From a candidate division FCPU426 bacterium (GTDB lineage Bacteria; Oederibacteriota; Muellerivitia; Muellerivitales; Muellerivitaceae), in NCBI GenBank assembly GCA_963719085.1, contig CAVRAL010000001.1, forward strand, positions 1,152,001 to 1,216,000: a DNA stretch of 64,000 nt, in the 5' to 3' direction. Below, piece by piece: positions 1-9,797 of the stretch (its first letter is position 1; each line of letters starts with the position of its first letter). The notes under the pieces are model-generated. The model had not been told where the DNA came from and did no database searches. It saw only the letters and a list, made by a program, of their open reading frames with translations. Both the position numbers and the translations under genes were made by a program.

Positions 1-1110
1 ATAGAAATTATGGTTATCACAGCCTACGTAAACGGCCGCATTTGCCGAAATATTATTAATATTTGTGCTTGAAACCGCCGGACTTGAATAAATCGAACTA
101 GGTAACAAATCCTGCCATACTTTAATAAAATTACTCGAGTTATCAAATAATTCCCATTCTTGGACATTCCCATCTTGACCCGCCGTAATTATTAAATCAT
201 TAGGCGCATTTGTTCTTCTAAATGCCGCTGGGGAAGCCGAATTTGCCGATCCTATCGATACTGACGCTTTAATGTTTCCATTATTCTTTTGGAGACAGGT
301 GAGAATTCCATTATTTGAAATGTTATAGACATAACCATTTGTAACCGCAGGTGTTGATCGTGTGGCTCCAACAGATTTAGTCCAAGCCGAAAGTCCTGTT
401 TGCGCGTGTAAGGCGTAAAGATTTCCATCATATGAGGGCTCAAAAATTAAATCATCAGTCACATCGTAAACCGGAGAGGAAAAAAGATAATTATTCGTAA
501 CTGAAACCGCACCTCCCCACAATTGAGTGGGTGAGCCAGGATTGTTAATATTAAAAGCTGAGATATTCCCAGAATGAGAGGCGCACGCAATTATTAAAGT
601 GGCACCCTCTGAATATAATAGAGGGGAAGTAAAAACTGGCCCGCCAGTGGCCTCCTGGCAAACCGTAACGCCTGTTGAAGAATTAAATCCGTATAAATTT
701 CCGTCCGTTGAACCAATAAAAACATAATCTTGAGTAACTCCCCCTGAAACGATCGTAGTTACTGCCGCGGAACCATAGATCGGAGCGCCTGTTTTATAAC
801 TCCATAACGGGGAATTTAATGATGAAGTCACACTGCCACTAAATGCGTATAAAGTCCCATCCGTTGAGCCAATGTAAGTTTTTCCATTCCATTCGGCGGG
901 AGAGGAATAAGCCACTGCCCCATTGGTCCCAATCGTGACAGAACTATTCCACTTCAAAACAAAAGGAGGATATAAAGAATCGGAAGGATTAACTGAAGAA
1001 TGAGCGACATCACTTTTAAACATCGGCCAGTCATCAGCCGAACATTTATTTACAGCAAAAAAACAAATAGTCAGAACTGATAAAACCAAATATTTTAGTT
1101 TAAATATCAT
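1..1110 (-). CDS. Secreted PQQ-binding-like beta-propeller repeat protein (BamB-like), 3'-truncated by window edge
   Basis: Not in the ORF track because its stop lies outside the window. Manual translation from ATG at 1110: MIFKLKYLVLSVLTICFFAVNKCSA|DDWPMFKSDVAHS...YSSPAEWNGKTYIGSTDGTLYAF, and at the left edge IYSSPAV...VYVGCDNHNFY in the same frame. Signal peptide, DWP motif and repeated SSP...YxG..DG..Y blades. Confidence 0.85.
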   Translation of the reverse strand, partial: MIFKLKYLVLSVLTICFFAVNKCSADDWPMFKSDVAHSSVNPSDSLYPPFVLKWNSSVTIGTNGAVAYSSPAEWNGKTYIGSTDGTLYAFSGSVTSSLNSPLWSYKTGAPIYGSAAVTTIVSGGVTQDYVFIGSTDGNLYGFNSSTGVTVCQEATGGPVFTSPLLYSEGATLIIACASHSGNISAFNINNPGSPTQLWGGAVSVTNNYLFSSPVYDVTDDLIFEPSYDGNLYALHAQTGLSAWTKSVGATRSTPAVTNGYVYNISNNGILTCLQKNNGNIKASVSIGSANSASPAAFRRTNAPNDLIITAGQDGNVQEWELFDNSSNFIKVWQDLLPSSIYSSPAVSSTNINNISANAAVYVGCDNHNFY

Positions 1111-1154
1111 TTAGTTTTTCTTTTTTAAAATACATAAATGATCCACATCCACTT

Positions 1155-4100
1155 TCAAGGTAAGCTATTAAAAATTTGATTGTAATTGGGGTTTCTGTTT
1201 GGATTATTCGGATCTATCGATTCCTGAATCCATAATTGAGTACCATCAACAGAACCGGAAGCGAGCCAACCACCAAAGATTGTTGCGCCCACACTATCTA
1301 ATCCACTCGATATTGCTTGAGCATATGTCAAACCACCAACTCCGAAACTTAAACCTCCACCTATTCCAGCAATTCCAAAACTCGTCCAAGAAATGGGCCT
1401 TCCATTAGTTAGTGACGTTAACGATTGACCAATAAAATTATTAAGGGCCGCAAGGCCACCAAACAACAATACTGTTCCAAAAGTTGGGTCCGTTAATCCC
1501 GCCCATCCTCCAACAATTCCACCTGTAACCAAACCAACGATTCCTCCCACAATTTTGTCAAACAAATCCCCATATTGCGCTCCAGAAACTCCATTGATTA
1601 ATCCAACAATCGCGCCGTAAATAACCCCTAAGATCGCTTCAATTGGAGTTCCTTTTCCGGTCGGATCATTGGCATTTAAAGGATTGTTTTTACAATAAAC
1701 ATAAAGATTAAACCCTCCAAAAATCCAATTCGGATCTCTAGAAATGAATCTCCCAATTTGAGGGTCATACCAACGGTTCTGCATGTATTCCAAACCAACA
1801 TCATCGTCGGAATAAACATCATAATTTCCAACATATCGCTTATTATTATTGTCGTTTTTTATTCCCAAAGATTGACCAAAGGCATCATACGAATAACTAT
1901 TTACCAAGTTTTGAAAATTATCCATTAATCCGACAACATCACCATGACCATTAAATAAATAATAAAACTTATTATTATTTTGGTCTTTAAAACTTGTTGA
2001 ATCTATAAAACTTTTAATTACCTTTCCACTTCCATCCGTTTCAAACGCCACCTTACTTCTATCGTAAAAATAATTAATAGTTACGCCACTCGATAACTTC
2101 GCGATACGAAAATTATCTCCGTCGTAAATATAAGTAATTGCACCATTCGGAGTGACCGCCTTCACCATTCTATTTAAAGCGTCCCAATTGTACGAATAGC
2201 CCGCACTTTTACTTTTTATATTTCCTCTCGCGTCATAAGAAAATGATTCCCCGCTCGAACCCGAAATAGAAGCCAATTGATTTCCGGAAGTATAAAAATA
2301 AGTTTGCGTAATTCCGTTTTGTGTTTCACTTGTCCTATTACCCGCATTGTCATATGTATATTTAACTGTGCCTTCAGAACCAGGATAAGACGCTTGAATC
2401 AATTCGTAACGATTGTCATAACTGTAAGTAGTTGTCCCAGTTAAATCATTTGCAGAAAGAACATTCCCAACGGCATCATAGGTATAATTTTGGTTTGTTA
2501 ATAAATCGCCTTCGGAATCTATGTTTTGAAGGCTCGTCAAGCGACCAGTATGATTTGTATAATCATAAAAATAAACTGCCGTTGCCCCATTTGGGTAATT
2601 GACATTTTGCAAATTATTGAGCGCATCATAAATAAAGGTAGTACCCATTCCATCAACATCAGTTGTTGACCTCAATGTGTTGTTTTCATAATAGGAATGA
2701 TAAATCACACCTGTAATTTTGTTGTTATTTTCCGAAATACAGTTACCTACAGAATCGTAGGAATAATGGACAACATAATTTCTTGATACATCATTGATTG
2801 ATACTAAATTATTCAAGGGGTCATAAACATAAATCTTTTGACCAGACCCATCTGTCATACCCGTTCTATTCCCATTCCCATCATATGAATAATAGATAGA
2901 AGGCGTTCCGTCACTAAATTGAATTAATTTTATTCTGTTGTTCCGGTAATAATTAATAGTTTTAACCACTCCACTTTGATCTATCGTAGAGATAACTTTC
3001 ATCGCGCCATTGAAAGTATTTGTAAAACCTACTCCCTCGGAGTCCATGGAATATTTAAGTAAATTTTGTTCATTATATAAAAATGTCGTTTTTTGATTCT
3101 TTCCATCAAGCAACGAAATAGTATTTCCTAGTGGATCAAGACCGAACTGAGTATGTATGACGCTTCCGGAATAATTACTTATTTGCGATTGATAAACATC
3201 CGTTAAACGGTCATTCGCATCATAAGAAAAATTTGATATGGTCCCGTTTCGGTCTTTCCATGAAATTTTGTCCATATCTTGGTCGTAAGAATAGGTATCC
3301 GTCGTATTGTCGGGATACAAAATTTCCGTGACGGCATTTTGATTATTATAATAATAATTTTTGGTTTGATTTTTAGCGTCCGTGCTAGTCTGCATAAGAT
3401 TTCGAGCGTTATAAGTTGAGTAGCTTGTAGAACTAGGAAGATTTTCTGGAGGTCCAATTGAAGGACTCATTATTTCGTTGATGTTCCCATTCGAATCATA
3501 ATATGAAATTACCGAATGATTGTTCGCGTCCGTAATTGTCTTTTGCACTAATGACCCGTTACTAAAAACATAACTAAAATTCGTGATTTTTCCCGGCTGT
3601 TGGATTTGAGTTAAATTCCCATTTGCGTCATATAAATATGAACTTGTCACTTGGTTTTTGTCTTGATGATAAGTGATTTCACTTCTCGAATTATAGGAGC
3701 TGTATTCTTGATTACCTTCCGCATCCATTTCATAAATTTCATTTCCTAAAGAATCATAAGCCATAGTTGTTGGGTTTCCATTGCCATCAACGATGTTCGT
3801 TTCTAAAAAATTTTCATTCCAAGTATAGCTTTCAACATAAGGCCGCCCATCAATATCAAACCGTTTTTGATTCCAAGCACCATTGGGTCCATAAACATCC
3901 GTCTCAATCAATCCATATGGGCCAGAAGTACTGCACAAATGATTTCCTAAAGAATCCGTCGAATAATCGTACGAATAGATAATTCTTCCTAAAGCGTCTT
4001 TGATTTGTCTCACGGGGTTTATTGTAGAATTGGTGCCACTTTCAGATACATAAGTTAAATTCCGCGCACCAACTGGGGCCATGGGATCCTGAAATTTTCT

Positions 4101-5171
4101 CAATGTAAAAACACTAAATGAATTAGAACCAATGGGAGAAACAACATAATTGTAGTAACTATAAGAAGCGTTCAAGTTACTAGGAATTCTTTGGATTTGT
4201 GACACAGGTAAACTAAGTCCCTCGGAATTATAGTTCGATGGGGCGTCATCAAAAACAATCGTATCCCCAGCCGAATTCGTTATTTGTTTTAATCGATTGC
4301 TCGTGTTGCTTTGCCAATAGGAATAGGTATCAACGTTGATTAAACCGTCATCATAAGGGTTCGAAGTAACCGGGGTTGAAGCAATCGCACCGCTGGGATT
4401 GTCATAATATGAAAAATTAATTGTCCAATTACTATTTGGCCCGTTCACGCTAGTAATTCTTACCGTTGAATATGAATTTGAATTGTTATAGGTGTTCTGA
4501 ACTTGCGCCCCATTCCAAACAGTCACCGCAACATTTTGGTAAAAAAATGTACATGGACCATAGTTAACCGTCGCTTCATTTCCATTTAAATCATCCATTT
4601 TTATCAAACGGGCAATATTCGGTTCTCCACCATTCAAGACAGTAAATTTTGATATATACCCGTACTTATCAGTAAGGACGTAGGTGATAGGGCTACTTCC
4701 AGCTTGAATTTGTAATTGATAAAAACATCCAGGTGGAGTTGTAAATGTATTTCCACCATCCAAGGTCAAAAAATTGTAAGTTTGATGCGGAGTTACCAAA
4801 ACAGCATTTTGTCCACCACTAATAGTCATCGGCAAGTACAAACAAGTATCATAATTAGACATCCAATTTGCACCCAATTCACCGTTTGGCGATGTAATAC
4901 CATTATGGAAATATCTTTCATACTTCAGAGGAAAACCATTACGGTTATAATTAAAATCTGTTACGGTCGCATAAGCGTCGCCGTTAAAAGTATTAACATT
5001 GACACCGGTACTATTTTGACCCGGTTTAGACCCATCGCCCTGAACTCCAGTAGCATCAACCGCATCGGGGCTATTTATTAAATCGGTCCCATCATTTATC
5101 AACGGTGGTTCTTGCGCGCGTGAAACACAGGTGATTAAAAAAAAGAATAAAAATAATGCTTTCGTTTTCAA
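1155..5171 (-). CDS. RHS/YD-repeat protein with Sec signal peptide, DUF6531-like N-terminal region, RHS core and Gly-rich C-terminal domain
   Basis: Many YDxxGN repeats. RHS core GLEYMQNRWYDPQIGRFISRDP...NLYVYCKNNPLNANDPTG. N-terminal hydrophobic signal peptide. Confidence 0.93.
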   Translation of the reverse strand: MKTKALFLFFFLITCVSRAQEPPLINDGTDLINSPDAVDATGVQGDGSKPGQNSTGVNVNTFNGDAYATVTDFNYNRNGFPLKYERYFHNGITSPNGELGANWMSNYDTCLYLPMTISGGQNAVLVTPHQTYNFLTLDGGNTFTTPPGCFYQLQIQAGSSPITYVLTDKYGYISKFTVLNGGEPNIARLIKMDDLNGNEATVNYGPCTFFYQNVAVTVWNGAQVQNTYNNSNSYSTVRITSVNGPNSNWTINFSYYDNPSGAIASTPVTSNPYDDGLINVDTYSYWQSNTSNRLKQITNSAGDTIVFDDAPSNYNSEGLSLPVSQIQRIPSNLNASYSYYNYVVSPIGSNSFSVFTLRKFQDPMAPVGARNLTYVSESGTNSTINPVRQIKDALGRIIYSYDYSTDSLGNHLCSTSGPYGLIETDVYGPNGAWNQKRFDIDGRPYVESYTWNENFLETNIVDGNGNPTTMAYDSLGNEIYEMDAEGNQEYSSYNSRSEITYHQDKNQVTSSYLYDANGNLTQIQQPGKITNFSYVFSNGSLVQKTITDANNHSVISYYDSNGNINEIMSPSIGPPENLPSSTSYSTYNARNLMQTSTDAKNQTKNYYYNNQNAVTEILYPDNTTDTYSYDQDMDKISWKDRNGTISNFSYDANDRLTDVYQSQISNYSGSVIHTQFGLDPLGNTISLLDGKNQKTTFLYNEQNLLKYSMDSEGVGFTNTFNGAMKVISTIDQSGVVKTINYYRNNRIKLIQFSDGTPSIYYSYDGNGNRTGMTDGSGQKIYVYDPLNNLVSINDVSRNYVVHYSYDSVGNCISENNNKITGVIYHSYYENNTLRSTTDVDGMGTTFIYDALNNLQNVNYPNGATAVYFYDYTNHTGRLTSLQNIDSEGDLLTNQNYTYDAVGNVLSANDLTGTTTYSYDNRYELIQASYPGSEGTVKYTYDNAGNRTSETQNGITQTYFYTSGNQLASISGSSGESFSYDARGNIKSKSAGYSYNWDALNRMVKAVTPNGAITYIYDGDNFRIAKLSSGVTINYFYDRSKVAFETDGSGKVIKSFIDSTSFKDQNNNKFYYLFNGHGDVVGLMDNFQNLVNSYSYDAFGQSLGIKNDNNNKRYVGNYDVYSDDDVGLEYMQNRWYDPQIGRFISRDPNWIFGGFNLYVYCKNNPLNANDPTGKGTPIEAILGVIYGAIVGLINGVSGAQYGDLFDKIVGGIVGLVTGGIVGGWAGLTDPTFGTVLLFGGLAALNNFIGQSLTSLTNGRPISWTSFGIAGIGGGLSFGVGGLTYAQAISSGLDSVGATIFGGWLASGSVDGTQLWIQESIDPNNPNRNPNYNQIFNSLP

Positions 5172-5974
5172 GGATTACCCACTTGGAACGAATTCGAGGG
5201 TTTACTTTTCAATCTTTGTTGCGCAAGTGAAATAAACCTGGGCCGACTATTGATTTTGGTGAAGGCACCCGTTTCTTTATATGAAATCAATTCCGTCTCT
5301 TCTTGGATCCGGGCATTATCGGGCCCAGCAATACTTTTAACCTCCTTAACCAAACCTAATACCGGAACATCTTTTGACCACCAAACCTGTTTAGATAAAA
5401 CGTTTGATGACTTTTGAGTTTTAAGATTAAAATTTGAGGCACTAAAGTTTCCCGCAACAACCTGAATCTCTTGGCTCTCAGTAACAGAATATTCATAACG
5501 AGAAATTGGCTTGCTTGAACTTACACTTACGGAATCCGAGGGAATTTCAAATTCATTGGTTGAATTAAATTTCTTATCATTTCCCAGAATGATTTGTTGG
5601 ATTAATCTTTTAGGCTTCAAAACACTGAAATCATCATTTAAAAAAAATTCAAAGGGGATTTCATCGGGACGGAGGATCAATAACTTTTGGAGAATTTTCA
5701 CACCGGAAGATTTATCTTTTTCCATTTCAAACCAAAGGTAATTTTTCCCATCGATGTAATCCTGACCAACAATGGAATATATATCCGTTTCCGAATTAAT
5801 TTCCGTTCCATTAGAAAAGGTTTTGGTCAAAAGAGTAACGGTTTGACCCACAGACCAAGGAGCAATGATGTGATTTGAATTCGTGGCTAGAACCGCACGG
5901 GCCGGAACTAATACCCCTAAAGGGAAATAGCAAAAACAAAGAAATATAATTTTAGATCGAAAATATTTTCTCAA
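5168..5974 (-). CDS. Secreted hypothetical protein (DUF3108/TapB-like beta-rich fold suspected)
   Basis: 268-aa ORF with signal peptide and motifs VVAGNF and WWSKDVPVLGLVKE. Overlaps the RHS start by 4 bp, suggesting an operon. Confidence 0.7.
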   Translation of the reverse strand: MRKYFRSKIIFLCFCYFPLGVLVPARAVLATNSNHIIAPWSVGQTVTLLTKTFSNGTEINSETDIYSIVGQDYIDGKNYLWFEMEKDKSSGVKILQKLLILRPDEIPFEFFLNDDFSVLKPKRLIQQIILGNDKKFNSTNEFEIPSDSVSVSSSKPISRYEYSVTESQEIQVVAGNFSASNFNLKTQKSSNVLSKQVWWSKDVPVLGLVKEVKSIAGPDNARIQEETELISYKETGAFTKINSRPRFISLAQQRLKSKPSNSFQVGNP

Positions 5975-6195
5975 AATAAATCCTAAAATTGTTTAGGCTG
6001 AAAACTAATTTCAAAACATCAAAATATTAAAATAAATATAAATCAATTTGACAAAAACGACAATAATATTGTTTAATTATTTAGGCATAAGGATTTTTAT
6101 AATTATTTTAATTAGGCATTATTTTCTTAGTGAATTAGCCTTTTTTTAAGCCTATTCTTCCTGAGGCTAGGGGTTAATTTTTATGGAGGGCAACA

Positions 6196-6567
6196 ATGAA
6201 GAAAAGTAATAGATTTTGCTTCTTGCTAATTGCCTTTTTATTCGGTTTTCACAACTTCGCTTTTTCAAATTCCTACGCTGGCGGTAAATCAAATTTTAAC
6301 AACTACCCTCTTTTACACCAAATCCACACCCGGATTAGAATCCAAACCAGAGATATTAAATTAGGTTTGAAAAACCACAGCATCACAAAAATTACCGCAA
6401 AAAATATTAAGCTTAGTCTTTTACAAGTGAAAAAACAGGAACTGGCTTATTTAAAGCTCAACGGGAATCAGGACTTAAATTCCGCCCAGCAAGATCAACT
6501 CAACCAATTACTTAATAAGAATTCATCCCAGTTAGGCGAAACTTCTTCATCGATTAATCAGCCTTAA
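6196..6567 (+). CDS. Small secreted helical hypothetical protein
   Basis: GGAGG RBS at ~6184. Signal peptide ending AFS. Helical ...LNSAQQDQLNQLLNKNS tail. Confidence 0.75.
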   Translation: MKKSNRFCFLLIAFLFGFHNFAFSNSYAGGKSNFNNYPLLHQIHTRIRIQTRDIKLGLKNHSITKITAKNIKLSLLQVKKQELAYLKLNGNQDLNSAQQDQLNQLLNKNSSQLGETSSSINQP

Positions 6568-6996
6568 AGTTTTGCAATTCATTATTTTCTTATAATAAAC
6601 AAACCGTTCAAAATGAAAAGTGACGCCATGGGTAACGATTAGGTAATCGTGAATTATTGTGACAAGAGTCCGGGCATCCATGCTGATTTTCGGAGTTAAG
6701 TCACGATTTCCCACCGCGCCTTCGAGACTTTCCAAAATGATTTTTCGAAAAATGATTCCAGCCACCTCAAACTCCAAAGCCTTTTAAGATTTTTTTTGCG
6801 TGTGCGGCCGTTTTGTCCGCATCTTCCTCACTCATGCAAACACAATCCCAAATATGGTTCCAAAGATCCATAAAGTCACTTAAAAATATTTTTAAGTTCT
6901 TTCTCTAATATTTTCGGAAATAGTGGGTCGCTTCTTATTGGCTCTCCAACAGTGGCCTCCCCTGCAATCAACCCCATGGGGTGACACCTATGGCAA

Positions 6997-7377
6997 GTGT
7001 GGACAAGCGAAGGTATGAGCCGCAGTGCATCATATTTTTTTCGAATAAAGAACATTCCGCCAAAGGGCGAGTCAGACTACAAACCCAAAGAACAAGATGG
7101 TAAGCTTTTCCAAACGGTCAGGGCGACGATGGGCAACATCCGCCGAAACGACGCCCATGCTGCCAATTTTATAATGAAAAAAGTATCGCTAGGCCGTTTA
7201 AAAAAGTTTTACAAAAATTCCCCTGAACCGGAAGAATTAAATGAGGTTGACTATTTCAAAAGTACCAGGCGCAAAGAATTGATTTCCATTAAACAAAAAA
7301 ACCTGAACCATATCAGAGTCTTTTATCGTGCGGTGTTCCCTCCACTTCGTTTCAGGAATCCACCAATCTCTCCTTAA
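6997..7377 (+). CDS. Hypothetical protein (doubtful, island edge)
   Basis: 126-aa ORF ending just before the bidirectional-looking hairpin at 7381. No recognisable domain. Confidence 0.3.
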   Translation: MWTSEGMSRSASYFFRIKNIPPKGESDYKPKEQDGKLFQTVRATMGNIRRNDAHAANFIMKKVSLGRLKKFYKNSPEPEELNEVDYFKSTRRKELISIKQKNLNHIRVFYRAVFPPLRFRNPPISP

Positions 7378-7380
7378 CAA

Positions 7381-7422
7381 AAAAGCCGAGCAATACGCTA
7401 GTCAGCGTATTGCTCGGCTTTT
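7381..7422 (-). terminator. Intrinsic terminator after tRNA-Leu
   Basis: Perfect 19-bp inverted repeat AAAAGCCGAGCAATACGCT-agtc-AGCGTATTGCTCGGCTTTT with A/T tracts. Confidence 0.85.
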
Positions 7423-7430
7423 GACGAGAT

Positions 7431-7517
7431 TGGTGCCCGAGGTCGGACTTGAACCGACATGAGGTTGCCCTCGATAGATTTTGAGTCTATTGCGTCTGCC
7501 AATTTCGCCACTCGGGC
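7431..7517 (-). tRNA. tRNA-Leu (anticodon CAA)
   Basis: Reverse complement GCCCGAGTGGCGAAATTGGCAGACGCAATAGACTCAAAATCTATCGAGGGCAACCTCATGTCGGTTCAAGTCCGACCTCGGGCACCA: cloverleaf, long variable arm, TTCAA T-loop, encoded CCA. Confidence 0.97.
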
Positions 7518-7568
7518 AGCGAAACAAAGGACCGCGGCCCTCCGACTGGCGCAGGGCGCGGGAAGGGT

Positions 7569-7596
7569 ATTTTAGGCAACCCCTCTCCAATGTCAA
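7569..7596 (-). promoter_or_regulatory. Sigma70-type promoter for tRNA-Leu
   Basis: TTGACA-16 bp-TAAAAT on the minus strand, followed by a GC-rich discriminator. Confidence 0.75.
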
Positions 7597-7629
7597 GAAG
7601 GTCTTACGCGGCCGAGGGGAGATTCCGGA

Positions 7630-8718
7630 TCAATTTCCCCAAATATTCCACCAGGATTTTTTCGATAAAGTCGGCGAGCGATAAACACTTCGCGCGTCCC
7701 CGCCCAATAGCCACATTCGATCCTGAAAAACCACGCACTGGCGGGCCATTCCCGAATCAAAATTGGACCGGGGCGCGACGCAAGTCCACTGCGCGCCATC
7801 CGGGCTGTTCCAAACATCCTGGGGCATAACGAAATTTCCCAAATCGCCGCCGATGACCCAAATCTTGTCCCCGAATACGACCGAGGCAAAATCCACGCGT
7901 CCCTTGAGGGGCGTGGAATCAACCACCTCGTTCCAATGCACGCCATCCGAGGTGGCCCAACTGTCATCCAACAGGTCATCGTAAGTGTTATAAAACCCGC
8001 CGCGGATCCAAAGCTGGTCCTTGAAGACAAAACTCGGGAATACGCGCCTGGGCTTGAAGGAAGCGGCGGTCACCGCGCAAGACCAATTCTTGCCGTCATC
8101 CGAAACCCAAACGTCGTTTTTAACCCCGCCGGCTCCCGTTCCCCCGATCAACCAAAGGCGGTCCTTGTAGACCGCGACCGCTTGCTGGGTCCGTCCTCCA
8201 AATCCCGCCTCGTCGGTCACCAAGTCCCAGTTTTTTCCGTCGACGGAGCTGTAAACATCCCCCTGGCTGCCGCCGGCGACGGCCCATAGCTTCCCATTGA
8301 AAACCACGGCGCTCCAAGCCGACAACTGTTCGGATCCGATGTGATCGGTGACCTCGGTCCAATTTTTACCATCCGGGCTGTTCCAGACATCCTGCGACCC
8401 GATTCCACCCAGCACCCACAACTGGTCCTGGTAAACCAAAACATTCAGGTCCCGCCTCGAGCCAAAGGGCGCGTCGTCAGTGACTTCTTCCCAATAACTG
8501 CCGAGCGGCCCGCTGGCGGAGACCGGGGCGGGCGAAGGCTGAAGACTGTGGAAAGTCGTGGTCAATTTCCGCGGATGGAGCGAAGGAATCTTGGCCCAAA
8601 TCAAGACCACAAAAAGAAGAATCAACGAAAGCGCCGCGAAGTTCATCCAAAGTAAGAACTGAAGGTTGGAACGAGGGGGTTCCGGCGCGGAGGGTAAAGA
8701 ATTTTCATCCAGACTCAT
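7630..8718 (-). CDS. Membrane-anchored Kelch/BNR-like beta-propeller repeat protein
   Basis: N-terminal TM helix, then ~6 repeats of V(F/Y)xDxLWxxGG...DVWxSxDGxxW. Confidence 0.85.
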   Translation of the reverse strand: MSLDENSLPSAPEPPRSNLQFLLWMNFAALSLILLFVVLIWAKIPSLHPRKLTTTFHSLQPSPAPVSASGPLGSYWEEVTDDAPFGSRRDLNVLVYQDQLWVLGGIGSQDVWNSPDGKNWTEVTDHIGSEQLSAWSAVVFNGKLWAVAGGSQGDVYSSVDGKNWDLVTDEAGFGGRTQQAVAVYKDRLWLIGGTGAGGVKNDVWVSDDGKNWSCAVTAASFKPRRVFPSFVFKDQLWIRGGFYNTYDDLLDDSWATSDGVHWNEVVDSTPLKGRVDFASVVFGDKIWVIGGDLGNFVMPQDVWNSPDGAQWTCVAPRSNFDSGMARQCVVFQDRMWLLGGDARSVYRSPTLSKKSWWNIWGN

Positions 8719-8816
8719 AAAATGGCTCCAAAATAAAATTTAAATACCGAAACACCATACCTAACATAATTTAATCGAATTTTGAAAATGCCACAATTCA
8801 GAAAAGCGCTTGCCCG

Positions 8817-9797
8817 CTATAAACTTTCCCAAAACTCCCGGAGATCTTCCGAAAACGCGTCTTCCAACAGCAGCGGCTTTCCCGTGGCCGGGTGGCGCAG
8901 CTCAAGTTTGAACGCGTGCAAGGCCGTCCGGGGTAAAAGCACCCGCGCTTTCACCCACTCGTCAAAATCATGCTCATAAAAATGCAAAAAAACCTCGTCG
9001 TTTCCCGCGTACAGCTTGTCGCCCACAATGGGAAACCCCAAATGTTCCAAATGCACACGGATCTGATGGGTGCGGCCGGTAAGCGGACGGACTTCAATCA
9101 ATGAGACGGCTCGCCCCCCGCCCCGGGACAAAACCTTTGTCTGTAAAAGTTTGAACTCGGTGATCGAAGGCTTGCCCTTCTCCAAATCCACTCCGCCCTT
9201 CATGCGGATCACCCCGCCCCGGGCGTCTTGGATGGGCGCGTCCACGATGGCCCGCCCTTCCGGAAAAGCGCCGAATACAATCGCCCGGTAGGTTTTTTGA
9301 ACGGTTCCCTTTTCCCATTGCCGGACCAACGAGGTCAAAGACGTCTTGTCCTTGGCCAAAAGCAGGACCCCGCTGGTTTCGGAATCCAGGCGGTGCGCCA
9401 GGTGATAACCTTGCGCTTCCGGGCGGTCTTTTCGAAGCAAGGACATAAGCGTGTTCTGAAAATAAGCGCCGATGGCGTGGACCGGCAGGGGCGCGGGCTT
9501 GGAGACGGCCAGCAAAGCCTCATCCTCATAAATAATTTTATAATGGGGATTCACCGCCGGTTCTTCCCAGGAGCTCGTGGTGTAGGCCACCTCATCCCCG
9601 GCCCGCAAGGGCTGGCCCTCGGAAGCGGCGCGGCCATTGACCTGAACCTTGCCGGTTTGGATGCGCTCTTGCCACTCGGCCTCACTGTGATAAGCGAAGC
9701 GCTTGGCCAGATATTGAAGCAGGGTCTGGGAACTTTTCTGGCTGATGTAGGAAGTGAGGGTGACTTCAGGCTGGGAAGCTTGCGGATTATTTTTCAT
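8817..9797 (-). CDS. RluA/RluD-family 23S rRNA pseudouridine synthase with S4 domain
   Basis: Catalytic HRLDSETSG motif, TGRTHQIRVH and PIVGDKLY. Start moved to the ATG at 9797 (MKNNPQ). Confidence 0.93.
   Translation of the reverse strand: MKNNPQASQPEVTLTSYISQKSSQTLLQYLAKRFAYHSEAEWQERIQTGKVQVNGRAASEGQPLRAGDEVAYTTSSWEEPAVNPHYKIIYEDEALLAVSKPAPLPVHAIGAYFQNTLMSLLRKDRPEAQGYHLAHRLDSETSGVLLLAKDKTSLTSLVRQWEKGTVQKTYRAIVFGAFPEGRAIVDAPIQDARGGVIRMKGGVDLEKGKPSITEFKLLQTKVLSRGGGRAVSLIEVRPLTGRTHQIRVHLEHLGFPIVGDKLYAGNDEVFLHFYEHDFDEWVKARVLLPRTALHAFKLELRHPATGKPLLLEDAFSEDLREFWESL

Larger units (their letters stand above)
1..7430. mobile_element. Putative AT-rich genomic island at the tRNA-Leu 3' end (extends past left edge)
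   Basis: Abrupt shift to AT-rich sequence downstream of the tRNA, with RHS cargo. No integrase or att duplication visible in the window. Confidence 0.55.

Noticed and set aside
252..443. 63-aa ORF from the track
   Set aside because: Out-of-frame overlap with the beta-propeller gene at 1-1110.
6547..6835. Possible frameshifted gene (MSEEDADK... joined to LEFEVAG...)
   Set aside because: No recognisable homology; it cannot be supported as a pseudogene without a search.
6997..7377. Integrase remnant next to the tRNA
   Set aside because: No tyrosine or serine recombinase motifs are visible.
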